DNA from: Tubiluchus corallicola
Taxonomy: Eukaryota > Animalia > Priapulida
Assembly (NCBI GenBank): GCA_030141605.1
Contig: JAQGDQ010001343.1
Location: forward strand, 1 to 46,024
Direction: 5' to 3'
DNA length: 46,024 nt
Shown here one piece after another: positions 12,288 through 24,259 of the stretch. The notes under the pieces were generated by a model, which saw only the letters and a list, made by a program, of their open reading frames with translations, made no database searches and was not told the origin of the DNA. Numbering within the stretch: position 1 is the stretch's first letter; each line of letters begins with the position of its first letter. A program made the translations under genes and the position numbers.

Positions 12288-13205
12288 AAGTTATAGTAGG
12301 ACGCGGGTGTTCGCAATAATGAGGCGACCTCATGAATAATTTATCAAGGAAAGTGAAAGTGAGTGAAAAGTATGCGAGGTCGCAGCGTACTGAATTAAGT
12401 AACACACTAGAGACATCTGGCGCGCGGAATAATAATAATTATATAGGTAAATAGCAGGTCAAGCGTGGTCAGCAGAGTTGGATAACCAACTAACTCGTTA
12501 GGCTACAGAGGGCAGCATAAACAGCATAAACTAAGTTGCAACTGTTTAACATGGGACGCTGTGTTAATATGATGCTACAAGGAGAACTGTCGAAGCTTGG
12601 TCTGAAAGAAAATAAAATAAAAATTAGGAATAACTAAAGAATACCTAGGTAAAACAAGTAAGAAGAGGAAGGAATGAAAATGAGTAAGAATGGGAAAATA
12701 TTTATAGTACGCGAGATAAGAGGAGAATATAGTTAGAAATGTTAAAAGCGAACAGAAGATGCGAGCAAGTGAAAACCCAACCTACAATTAGAGTAAGAGG
12801 AGAATAGAAGCGAAAGGTTTAAAGAATAATACTACCATAAGTAACGTTTGCCAATCGCCGTGCACAGTGATTAACATAAGACATAAGTAGCCGTAATTAG
12901 AGGCCAAGGTCATGAACGTTAATCTGGAAGTAAATTTGTGATGCGCGAGAGATATAAATAGGAACAGTAGGACTGTTCAGTAAGAATTAAAGGCATGCAT
13001 GCGAAGTAAAATTTGATAGCTATAAAGCGCTATAGCGGGAAATAAATGGAATAGATCCAATGTTGTTTGCGAGCGGTTTAGTCTAGCTTTGAACTCTTGA
13101 TCTACTTAACCTCGTATTAGGATAAGAACTAAATTTCCGCGCACGCGCAACAGATCTAAGGATAAATAGTAAGGCTGGAACTGAATAACTTACTAATTTA
13201 TGAAA

Positions 13206-13236
13206 GAGGTTAGGGCCACTCTAGGGGGAGGAAAGT
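13206..13236 (+). promoter_or_regulatory. Conserved internal PPT-like element upstream of env
   Basis: GAGGTTAGGGCCACTCTAGGGGGAGGAAAGT is identical (31/31) to the reverse complement of 37962-37992. Its 3' end nearly duplicates the 3' PPT. Confidence 0.7.
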
Positions 13237-13337
13237 CCCCTAACCTATGTAGATAAGGTATGAGAATGATGATAAATAAGTGTACAGTGAGTCCAGACCT
13301 TTCCAAGGCTATGATGTTTTGGACTGTTTTTCAGAAT

Positions 13338-14300
13338 ATGGAATCCAGAATAGTGCTGTGGATGTTCGGGAGTCTCATGTTGGTAATCAGTGAAGCCAAT
13401 GTAGTGACCAGTCCCGGAGCAATCTTCATCCGTAAAGGAGAAGTCCAAGTATCTCAATCCCGATGGGCCCTATTAATGCAGCTAAACATTAGCCCAGTTG
13501 AACTTTGATTGGAAGCTTTGAAGCAGGAAATGCTTATCTTAAAGCATCATTCTTGGGACCCTGCAAAACGTGTGGATAAACCCCACACCCCATTGCATCA
13601 GGAGGATAGGTGCCTGGAAGCCATCACAGTGTTAGTAAACACTACCGCTTCCACTTATCTGGCTCAGATACAGGCGCTAGAGCAGAAGACGAATGACATA
13701 GCGCACCTCCTGGCGTCTAGAAGAGCAGGAGATCGTCAACCATCCTCGAGCGAAAATAAGTCCAGGCCCGAACCTTCATCCGGAATGAACCTGGATGGTA
13801 GGACTAGAAGAAGCCGAACAAGACGTAGCTTGCTTCCTTTCTTAGGGAAAATTTCTAAAGCCCTAACAGGTACTGCAACCGAGGAAGATTTACAAGCCCT
13901 GGCAGGAAAGTTTAAAACCTCCATTAAACAGAATGGAGAACGACTTAAACGACAACGACGTGCGTTAAGCAAGACGGTAGCCACAGGCTGGCTGACGGGT
14001 TTTAGGAAATGGGTCCTGATCGGGGCTATAACGGCTATCCTTCTGATGGTAGGAGTGGTGTGCTATTGGAAGAGGAGAAGTGGCCTTTTAGTTTTGAATT
14101 CCTTGGTACCTAAAATGGGTACGGGATATACTGCAACCCCGACAGATGGCGAAAAACCTAATAAGGTGACTGCACGTACACCCGCTGGGAATCCGGACGA
14201 CCGAGAGCCCAGGGTTAAGGTCAAGCGTGTAGGGGACCCCGAGGAGATACCTCAACCATCTGTCCGAAAGACTGACCCGGAAAAGGCTGAGAAAGCCTAA
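13338..14300 (+). pseudogene. env: Env-like class I fusion protein (baculovirus F/errantivirus type), short, with one in-frame stop
   Basis: Signal peptide MESRIVLWMFGSLMLVISEA; GAIFIRKGEVQVSQSRW motif; furin site RTRRSRTRR|; fusion peptide SLLPFLGKISKALTGTATEED; TM VLIGAITAILLMVGVVCYW. The TGA at 13506-13508 is TGC in the second copy. Acceptor TGTTTTTCAG at 13334. Confidence 0.82.
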
Positions 14301-14790
14301 GAATGTATCTAAGGGTAGACATAATTCAAAATTGTAGGAGTCAAACATAATTAACAGGCTGGTAGCATTGGATGATGGTAAAGAAGCCACCCAATTAGGT
14401 AAAAGGGATGCATGTGAATAGTTGTATTAACTATGTAAATGTTTAAATGACACCAAGGATACTGCGTATTGTATTTATGTTACAGGATAATGGGACCGTT
14501 GGAGATAAAAGGCGGGAAGAAGATGGAAGATGGCAAAGACCACACGGGGAGTAGCTGAGGAAGGAACTCAGGACACTAATGCATACGTGAACAGTGAATA
14601 CGTGAACCCCGGTCAATGAAGCCAGAGGAAACCAATGGACAATGGTGTCCCGCCACCAAGACCTCCATGACGGAATGTCCCATAATAGTTTAAGGATGTA
14701 ACATGTAGTATTCGTGTATAATTAAGGAGCTCCAAAGGGATGCGACCTTGTAGCGAAACATTAAATATAAGCCACATCTAAGTGAGTTTT

Positions 14791-14802
14791 AGGGGAGGAA
14801 AG
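14791..14802 (+). other. 3' polypurine tract
   Basis: AGGGGAGGAAAG lies one base before the TG start of the LTR. Confidence 0.85.
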
Positions 14803-14803
14803 T

Positions 14804-16065
14804 TGTTATGAATAAATTTCGGAATCACGAATTAAGTGATTAATTAATGAAGTTATCAACTTCATCAAATTATGTTGATAAAGAGACCTCCAAATTGGAT
14901 CAGATAAATTTATTAAGAAAATATGAGAACTCACTTAGCTGGTAAAGCATATATTTATTGTAAGGCAAGGAATTATTGTCACAAGAGATGTGTTTACAAG
15001 TAATAGAACAGGTCTTCATTTAGAGAGGAAAAGTTTGTCACAGGTGTTTGAATTTAAGAGAAGCGAAGCTGAATTTTATAACATGGAGTGGTTAAGAGTA
15101 TATACCTCCTGTAATGTAATGCGAGTTGCTGGACTATAATTGGGAAGGAGCAGGAAGAAGCTCATTTCTTAAACAGAAGTTTATGACCCAAGTGACGCGA
15201 GAAGCGAAGGACGAAGCGGAGTTTCTCAGGTGAGAGGCTACGCGACCTGGACATCTGGATGGTCATAAACAACCAAGCCACAACAGAACGTTTGACCTAT
15301 GGTGACATCTCGTGCGTCCACGCACAAAGCTATGAAGACTCCATTGGAGTATATAAGATGGTGTTTGGCAAGGGCTCGTGGTTGATCGTTAGGCGTCGGG
15401 TGGTGAATCGTGTATCGACGGTGAGTCGTGAGGGAGGGAGAGAGGAGATCAAGTCTGGAGAGACTACAGGAATTCTGAGAGAAGCAACGACACGCTAGAC
15501 CCAGCGTAGACAACTATCTACGTCCTCAAAGAATTGAGCACTGGATCTGCGAATAGAGTCTTGCAACGGAAACGGAATTGACCAATTGAACGGTTGACAT
15601 TGGTCATTCCACCAAGTTAAGTGAACTTAACCTATCGTAACTTGAGAGCAACTCTGCATAGGAGCTTCATCACAGTAATAGACACCTTAAGTGTGACGTG
15701 TAGTCGATTGTAATAATTGTTTCACATTGTAAATTAGCACCTTAAGTGCGAAGTGAAGGACTAGTTAAGGAAACTGTTTAGTATCTCTGGGAGCTAATTA
15801 TAAATTGTGAGCGTCTTTGGCGATTAGGTTCATATATTGTAATTTAGCAAACTAAGAGTAATTGTTGTAAACAATAAACGGATTTCGTTTAATCATAAAT
15901 GATTAGTTCGAGTATGCTTAGAGGTGTCTCAGTTAAGCAACATCAAATTCTGTAAACGAATCTAAGGATTTGCCCGGTGTTGCTGTGCGTGTTTATTAAT
16001 GAGTAGCAGCTGCAGCAGCAGATTACCTGCACAAACATTATATTACCATTGGAATGTTAGTAACA
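14804..16065 (+). repeat. 3' LTR (1262 bp)
   Basis: TGTTA...TAACA termini, preceded by the PPT; AATAAA at 15873. Homologous to 36055-37247 and to the reverse complement of 44029-45335. Confidence 0.85.
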
Positions 16066-16399
16066 GTTGTGTGTGGATGTGCGCATGTGCACATGTTTAT
16101 TTAGCAAGCGTTTTTAAATTTGTATCTAACCATAAAAAGATGTCTACGTATATTTGTGCTGCCATATTTTAACGATGTGACTTGTTTCGATTTTAAAAAT
16201 GTCACTGCATATGTGAATAATTATTAGACCCTATTTACTATGCACCAGTGAAAAAAATAAAAAATAATAGACCACATTTTCATGTTACTTTTTTTAAATA
16301 CTTGCAGACGCTAGTATCTGCGTATATAAAACACCAAAACGAGAAAGACGAGAGAAGGGAAAATGTTTTCATTGAAAATGAAAATGGTATATAATTTTC

Positions 16400-16740
16400 C
16401 CGTCTAACAAATAAATAAATAACGAGGGAATGTTTTATCGTTAGTTCTTTTTATTTCCACAAGCAAAATTACATGCACACAAAATTATTAACGCATTTAC
16501 AGCGATAGTACATTATATATATTTTTTGTTCTAATAAATAACTAGAGAATGTTCTATCGCCAATTCTTTCTACTTTCTCACACACAAAAAATGGCACACC
16601 AAATTTTTGTAATATTTACAGTGGTAGTATATTACGTATAATTTTTTCAATCTAATAAATAATAATGTTCTATCGTTCTTTCTATTTTCACTTTCACGCG
16701 CAAAATTAGATGTACACAAAATTATTGACATATTTACGAT
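16400..16740. repeat. Degenerate ~120-bp tandem repeat, about 3 units
   Basis: AATAAATAA...AATGTTYTATCG...CACAAAATT...CATTTAC recurs near 16415, 16533 and 16654. Confidence 0.65.
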
Positions 16741-16959
16741 ATTTACAATCCAAAATACAATATATACGTATATATATATATATATATAAATATATACAAT
16801 ATGTACAACGTACATTTGCAGTAAATATCATATATACAATATATATTATATATCAACAATAAATGTTTAATAAATAAGTGACCGGCAATGACAGCATCAC
16901 ATAGAGTGTTTACCCGATTCCGTAATAATGGCGCCGCCACCATCATATCTGTTGCCAAT

Positions 16960-17078
16960 ATCATTATCATCATCATCATCAAACATCACCGTCATCATCA
17001 TCATCACAAATGATAATTTCAGTTACGCTAACCTCACCATCATCACCACCACCATCATCATCGTCACCGTCATCACCA
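16960..17078. repeat. (CAT/CAC)n trinucleotide tract
   Basis: Directly visible. Confidence 0.85.
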
Positions 17079-17199
17079 ATATTGGCAACAAATAAAGGTA
17101 TCTGCAATGTTAGTAGGTCTGTAGAAGGGATGACTTTCAACAGGAGGAGTGACAGTGCAGGGAATGTATTTTCTTTGGCCTAGGATGTAATGCCTTTGA

Positions 17200-18320
17200 T
17201 TGCCAGCAAAAAAGGATAACGAGCTTGTGAGAGCTTAAATAGTGAAGAGGTGGCGTCGCACGGAGGTGTGACGAATACTTTCGTATACAATTTCTATCTG
17301 TTCTGAAAATTCTATCTGTCATTTTGTGGGTAATTGTCCGTCTGTCAACACGTTTTTTTTGTTCTGTCGAAAATCATCGCTGATTGTACTTTACAATTTC
17401 GGTTTAAACAAAAACCACTGACGATGTAGAGTACCCTGAGAATTGCAATTCACCTGGCTAGGATTAAAGCAAATTACCTTAAAGTTAAACGGCAGTTGGG
17501 CCTGTTTAAAGCTTTTGTTGAAAACGAACGAGTCGCGTTTGTAAATTGACCTGCAATTTAAATAATTATCGCATGCATTCAAGCTAAAGGCTTTTATCAG
17601 CAAACAAAAACATTTGAAATGTTAAGCTCCTCTGAAATGCAAAACCTGCGGCATCATGGCCCTCAATCTCCAACTTTGGAGGCTGGGATAATGAGATGCT
17701 TTATCATGACATTGGTGTATGACTGTTATATTACAATAAGTCTTGTATGACTGTAGACAAATCTGCATTGCATTTGACATAAATACGAAACCCTCCATTT
17801 GTCTGACATTAACGGATTTTGACTAAGAGAAGCACTAGCGCTTTCCATTCATAGTCAAGTGGATTAACGTTTTTGTTGTTAACGCTATTAATAATTTCAC
17901 TAATTAGATAATGACTGAGAAAACCTACATAAAGCTTATATATTTATTTATATATAGCTTGATATTATTAAAGCTAGATGCGGTTTTTTGCATAAGTAAC
18001 ATAAGTGTCACAGAAAACTTCCTCAACAATAGGCCATTAACAATTATTTCAGATAAAACAAGAGACCTCTCACCGTTAATGCACAACCACATACTGCAAA
18101 TCGGTTGTGATTCAGATCCTCCTCCAGGCAAATTCTGCCAAGCTGATTTATTACAAACGTAAATGGTGCCGGTCCACAATACCCATGTGATGTTTTCTGG
18201 CACAGATGGAAACAAGAGTACGTTTCTCTACTCCAACGACGTCAAAATGGAACAAAGAACGAAGAAATTCTACGGTTGGAGACATAGTTTTGCTGGTAGA
18301 TAGTACACCAAGGAACTGAG
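17200..18320 (+). mobile_element. Degenerate BEL/Pao integrase remnant
   Basis: 18016-18320 translates, with frameshifts, to LNNRPLT..SD..DLSPL..NH..PPPGKF, FWHRWKQEY..LLQRRQ and GDIVLLVD..PRN, the typical BEL/Pao integrase C-terminus. Weaker upstream bits are HGGVTNT (~17255) and PAAS..FGGW (~17650). Confidence 0.7.
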
Positions 18321-19001
18321 CAGTCATTAATATGCTGAAAAGCCAAGCTGGTTTGGTTCACAAGGTTACCGTGAACACAAAAAATTGAATTTTTGCAAGG
18401 GTTGCTCATAGGCCTTGCCTTGTAGTAGGTAATTTGCAGGGGTACTGGCGGAACATCTCTTTCCTGGAAACGATTAATTTTGAATCGAACCAACTCCAAT
18501 CGAACCAACTTTAAAATATGTCTTGCTTCAGCAGGTTGAATGTCACATGACCCAAGGTACCTGACTTATCTGGCTGCACATGAGTGCAGAGTTTGATGGT
18601 AAAATTTTTGCGGTTTACACTGTGAAAGTACATAGTGTCTTTGCCAGACAAGGAAGCAAAGATGTATATATTTAGTAGCTTTCTTTTCCTATTTTCTGAT
18701 CTAATCTGAAGTAATTTTCTGTTAACCTGTTTAACAAAAAATTTCAGTTTGTTTTTTTTAACATATAAAACGTAATTGTAATGTTTCATGTAATGGTCAT
18801 GCTTGTGGTTATGTTTTTGATGGATTGACAGATTTAAATAAACCAGTCATACTGAAAAGCAACTTTCGAATCGTTTAATTTAGGTGGAACAAATTGCCAA
18901 AAAATAAGAAATGGAAAATCAAACAGTGGTAAACTTCTATTAGAAGCCATTACTGCTGAACATTCAACATGTTGAAGTATTTTATTGTACTAAATGCAGT
19001 A

Positions 19002-20297
19002 TCATACTTTACATGATTCTTCCCACCATGTATAAAAATCGTGGTAAACTTTTTGTTTATAGTTTCCCTCGTGCAGCCGCTGGCACAACTTACACCAACG
19101 ATTAACAGACTTGATGGTGTACTTATCTTTCCACTTGAAGTATTTATTATACAAATTTTCGTTGCTGTCCAACAGCAGTAGATATTGCGCTAACTGTTTA
19201 GTCGACTGAAATTCATCTATATGTATGTATGAGCCAGGAATAGCTACCTCTGCATAATTTGCTATAGTTGTGCCCCACACAATCGGTACTAAACCGCATT
19301 TGAATGGAGTTGTCCAGTACTTTTCCGTTACGTAATCAACACACTGTGAATTTTCGAACGAGAGGTAGAATTTGTACTGCGACAACTTGGCTTTTAAACA
19401 TGATGTTGTTTTAGTCTCTTTCTTGCATAGAGGTCTCTGTGTGCATCTGCCAAATAACTCAACTGGTACATATTTTTGTAAATCTTGTACGATGTTTAAT
19501 CTTTGTTTATTGTTGCAGTTACTAATCATTGCTACAATCAACTTTGTGGAATTAAATATGATTTTATTTTCTATTGCTACCTTCATGTTTTGCTCTTTAG
19601 ATGCGTTCGTTTTGAATTTCCTTTCAGTTTGAATTGAGTCATTATCCATTAATGTTTTTTTTTGAGCATAATACTTGTATGGTATATAAATGTCTGAATC
19701 GGTCTTGTAGGTCATGGTCCAGTTGAAAAAATCTGCATACATGTTACCGTGGAAACCTGACCTTGCCGTTCTCGTTGGCGGCTCTAACGAGTAAAAAATC
19801 CATGGCTGAGATAAAACCCGTTTATATGGTAGATGTTTGACGTCAAGAGTAAATCCAAAAAATAAGACAGCATCTGCATAAAGTATCCTGCTGTGACTGT
19901 ATTCTGCCACGCAAGAGTAGGAACACTTGAGAAACGATTGCTCGGCCCCTTTCCATCTTTTACTGTGATTATATGTTGGAGTCCAGAACAATATCATTTT
20001 GGTATCATTTCCGGTATGTGGCATGGGACTAAGACGATCTGAATATCGATGTTCTAATCTGTCTGTGTTTCTGATGTGCTCTGAAGCAAACCAACGCAGG
20101 AAGTTTTCAGAATTACTAGTATTTTCGTTGGTTTCCTTGCATATAATTTTGCTGTAATTGCGATTTGCACGATTATGTCTCTGTTGGGAACATTCTTTCA
20201 CGTGCCAGCTTGGAATCATCAGTAGGTAATGGAAGATAATCGCCATGATTGTCGTACAAATAATGATCGCCAACAGTAAACATGGCTGTTTCTTCAT
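19002..20297 (-). CDS. Alpha-1,3/4-fucosyltransferase (CAZy GT10), 431 aa, single coding exon
   Basis: N-terminal TM anchor; ILFWT; ADAVLF; WIFYSLEPP; FNWTMTYKTDSDI; alpha-1,3-FucT motif YKFYLSFENSQCVDYVTEKYW; C-terminal YNKYFKWK and WCKLC. A 5'UTR acceptor TTTCTAG|G lies at 20320/20319 and AATAAA follows just after the stop. Confidence 0.95.
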   Translation of the reverse strand: MKKQPCLLLAIIICTTIMAIIFHYLLMIPSWHVKECSQQRHNRANRNYSKIICKETNENTSNSENFLRWFASEHIRNTDRLEHRYSDRLSPMPHTGNDTKMILFWTPTYNHSKRWKGAEQSFLKCSYSCVAEYSHSRILYADAVLFFGFTLDVKHLPYKRVLSQPWIFYSLEPPTRTARSGFHGNMYADFFNWTMTYKTDSDIYIPYKYYAQKKTLMDNDSIQTERKFKTNASKEQNMKVAIENKIIFNSTKLIVAMISNCNNKQRLNIVQDLQKYVPVELFGRCTQRPLCKKETKTTSCLKAKLSQYKFYLSFENSQCVDYVTEKYWTTPFKCGLVPIVWGTTIANYAEVAIPGSYIHIDEFQSTKQLAQYLLLLDSNENLYNKYFKWKDKYTIKSVNRWCKLCQRLHEGNYKQKVYHDFYTWWEESCKV

Positions 20298-22384
20298 ATT
20301 GTAACGAATGGGCTGTAGCCTAGAAATAGAAATGATAACTACTTATCGTCTTTTTTATCAGCACAATGATTTTGTGTAAAGCAATTTATTTCCTTGCACA
20401 TAATGTAACGTGCAGTCTTGAAAGAGCACGGTATATCTTAATACAATGTAATTTAATGCATGTAGTGCAGTTTAACTAAGCAGTGCCATTGACATAACTT
20501 ACTATCCTTATTTTATATTTTATATGACAATGAAGGACACATTTCTTAAACTAAACTAAATGCCACCTCAAGGTACTTTTGTCTGGCTTTACCAAGCTAT
20601 GGTTTCAAGCATCAGTCGAACCCGGGAACTTAAAAATCCTACCTTAACAAAAATAATGTCCGTTTATATCACCATTTACAATAAGTAATGTTCCTTTTGA
20701 TTTTGTGTGTAATATATAGGGACATCACATTAGCCCCCTGCAAAAAATATGAAATCCGGACTCTGGTTCAAATGATCAGGTTTCAAATTTCTGCAGATTG
20801 CATAATATTATTCTAAAAATATAATTCCAATGAAATATTAATTCTCAAGATTAATTCTGATCTTGCTCCAACGGAAAATCCTACGACTGGAGTTCTTCAA
20901 TGTTACCACTATTGTTGTGGTTGTGTAGTAGTGAGTAACTCTACTGCTGCAGAGCAGCATTGCTGGTGCAACTTTGTTGATGACTACAGGTTACACCAAA
21001 TAGGCTGCCACAGTGTCATCATCTTAGTTACACGTCATTTCTTGTGTGAGACATTCTAGTACGGCATTTTTCTTTAGATGATTTAACTTTAAAGATATTA
21101 GGTAGTGTTAAATGAAGTTCATAGAGAGGCCACTCGATTAAAAATGTTAATTTTATTCACCAGCTTTAACATTGACTTAGAGCAACGTGATAGGGCAGAT
21201 CGGTTTTGGTCAAACGAAATGATTCCAAAGAGGGTCTGTTGGTAATCCACTACAACTAATGTAATGCAGTTGACTATCTCAGCCAATAGATAAATACTAT
21301 ACATCTCAGCTAAAAACTGTTATAATAATTGACTTACTATTAGTGATTTTGGCTTAACCGCTATCTGCTTCGCACCATCTTGACTTTCATTTTTCTGTGG
21401 CGTCACCAGCATTGAACACCAGCAGCGAGCAAAAGCAAGTGCATCCCGTTTAATACAGTTTTTTTTGAACTTTTACTTACTACATTTTTAGTCCACTTAT
21501 GGCTACGGAGCTTATTTAGGGGAGCACCTAGGTAAGGATCTGTTTGCAAACATTCCAATCTATACATGTCCAAAATAAAGAGATTCAGTTTTGAGTCTGA
21601 GTGCTATTGGTACGGTAAATTCTGGTTAGCTGTAAGTTCCCCACAGTACGTTTTGGCATTCATACGTTTTTAATGTCAGTCCTTATCAGTACTTTCTGTT
21701 GCTCTCTACATTTTTTGTCACTTGGGTAAACTCTCGTAAAGCTATTGTTGTTTTTCTAATGCGCAAAAAATTCGAGTGAATAAAGGTTGCTCATTGGATA
21801 ATTACTGTAGGTACTTTTATATAGGTATAATTACGACTTTCGGTTGAGATAAACTTGGTGTAAAATCGAGAGAACTAATTCGTAATTGAGAGGATTGGAA
21901 TGTTTGTATGTTAACTACGTTAACCATAGATTGTCTCCTTTGTTAGGGCCAATATTTATATTCCATAATTTCAAAGTGTTTCCTCAATATATTACCCAAA
22001 TTACAGACAATAATAGATCAGAAAATTCATGGATATTCGTAAGCAACATGTGCCCGCGCCTTCAGCAATTTTACCTGTGACTAATGGTCGCGAATGGCGT
22101 ACCAGGCTGCTATTAATAATCTAGTCCTATATCAAAATAATTATGAGATTTGGCCAAACAGCGTAAATTAGAATTGAGAATCAATTCTACACTTTTATAA
22201 ATATTTTTAAACGTTAGGCAGCATTACAAGCTTAGCAATTTGTCGAAATATTAAATTAGATGTTGGTTTAAACGAACATGTGATAGATCATTTTATCAAA
22301 TGAACAATGTTAAAAATGAGATATTATTTTCTTAAATTTAACAAATAGGACACTCTACCTCCTTCCCACTCCCCATACCAACAC

Positions 22385-22592
22385 ATCGTCATACTACCAA
22401 ATTTGCCAATATCGCCTTACTACCAAATTTGCCAATATCGCCATACTACCAAATTTGCCAATATCGCCTTACTACCAAATTTGCCAATATCGCCATACTA
22501 CCAAATTTGCCAATATCGTCATACTACCACATTTGCCAATATCGCCATACTACCAAATTTGCTAATATTGTCATACTACAAAACCTGCCAAA
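22385..22592. repeat. 26-bp minisatellite, about 8 units
   Basis: Unit WTACTACCAAATTTGCCAATATCGCC at 22391, 22417, 22443, 22469, 22495, 22521, 22547 and 22573 (degenerate). Confidence 0.95.
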
Positions 22593-24106
22593 CTTCCAAA
22601 CTTGTACTTCTCGTACTGCGAACTCGCCGAAACGAGTCGATTGACTAACTGGCTGGCTTAGCTAGTTAATTAATTAACAATTTTGTTCAGTCACTTTTTT
22701 GTACGGTATGAAGCTTCTAATTATAGTGTGTTTGTCTTGGTATTTATTGTATAAACCACAACCTGCTTTGCTGCTTGCGCTGCGTTTCGAAAGGGAAACA
22801 AAAGTTACAAAACAACGCAGGTAGAGCACGCCGCTTACTGGCACACACACACAGACGCTGCAAAATGGCTCACATCGAGAAAACTCGTCCGAAGCTCTTT
22901 TTAACGTTTCATAAAGTTTTCAGCTTGGATTTTTTTAGAAGCGTTGTGAAGAAACTTCCGAAGCGCACAGTAGTAGATAAAAATTTAATATCGCTCTCTG
23001 CCAACTCCCGATTTCGCGACGCTAACAGTAAGTTTTTTTAAAATTATTTTTTAGAAATAGTAGGTATGTCTCAATTTTCCTTTACATCAGTGTGCAGATA
23101 AAAGGCGCCTCTTTCTGCTGGAGAACTACTTTCAGCAATATTTCTGATTTGGGCGGTGTGATAGTGCGTTAAAAACATCTAAACTGTAATCTAGCATCTA
23201 GACGTACAGCCTGATCAAACAACATGATCTTGTCATTTTTGCCCTACATCATCACAGCCCTCCAGGGCCCATTTGTGCAAAATAAAGTGAGTGATTTAAC
23301 TGGATTGCTCACAATATTAACACTTACCCATAAACATGTGCAGCACTGTAATCAGTAATCAGCAAATTCATACTCCATGCAATATTATAGGCAAATCACG
23401 CGGAATTTGTCACCTACTTAAAAATCAAGATGGCGAAAAGCGATCTTTAATGCTTTTTTGTGAGAAACCCGGTAGTTCAGTTGCTGCATACAACTTAACG
23501 AAGCATTAAATTCAATGAAAAGGCATGCAACCTTTCCCTTTTACTGAAAAAACATTCGTTCGAAACTTGTTTTATAAAGTGCCTCCGTTCCCATTTTTAA
23601 TCACCGACTAGCCACAACCGTTTTACTAGACAAAACAGAAGACCAAAGCGTGATCACTTCTGTGTTTAAAAGCTAAGAATAAATTATTTTGAGAAGAAAT
23701 CAAAATTTTAAATTCTTTAACAAAATTAAACGTTTTGCGCTCAAAGTCAATATTTCACTTCTCTAAACATTTTACAATGCTGCTCACATACACTGCTCAC
23801 GCTTATAGCAAGACTACACAGTAAATCAGATTTGATATTCTCGTCTTCATTCAATTGAAAGTTACGCCTATAAGCTGTCGTGTTGGAGTTGATCACCATG
23901 ACAGCTTTTTAACTCCGCCTTAAATCCTTTTGCTATAGAAATATAGTACCAATAATGCATGTATGAATATTTTTAATAAGCGAAAGTGTCTTCCACTTTT
24001 TAAAAGCGAATCCTCCTGCACAAGTCGACCATCTTACTGTCACCTCTTTTCTTACTGGTTAAAACTTAATCAATCTAAGTAAACCACAGTTAATACTTAT
24101 GCCACA

Positions 24107-24171
24107 ATAATGATGATGATAATGATAATGATGATGATGATGATGTTGATAATAATAATAATAATAATAAC

Positions 24172-24256
<85 letters not shown>
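24107..24256. repeat. (ATG)n/(AAT)n microsatellite
   Basis: Directly visible. Confidence 0.97.

Positions 24257-24259
<3 letters not shown>

Larger units (their letters stand above)
6110..16065 (+). mobile_element. Ty3/Gypsy LTR retrotransposon with env-like ORF, 5'-truncated and defective
   Basis: Order is gag, PR-RT-RNaseH-INT (Gypsy order), env-like ORF, PPT, then an LTR bounded by TGTTA...TAACA. No 5' LTR or PBS is visible upstream of gag. The left boundary is approximate. Confidence 0.93.

Noticed and set aside
14470-14660. Possible extra spliced mini-exon or accessory ORF between env and the PPT (TTATGTTACAG acceptor)
   Set aside because: All frames close within about 50 codons, and the second copy lacks this region for comparison.
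15238-15513. Short ORFs inside LTRs (also 36492-36815)
   Set aside because: The reading frames are not evidently conserved between the LTR variants.
22385-22592. 26-bp repeats as a CRISPR array or coding repeat
   Set aside because: The units are head-to-tail with no unique spacers, there are no cas genes, and the context is eukaryotic. The ORFs are by-products of the repeat.
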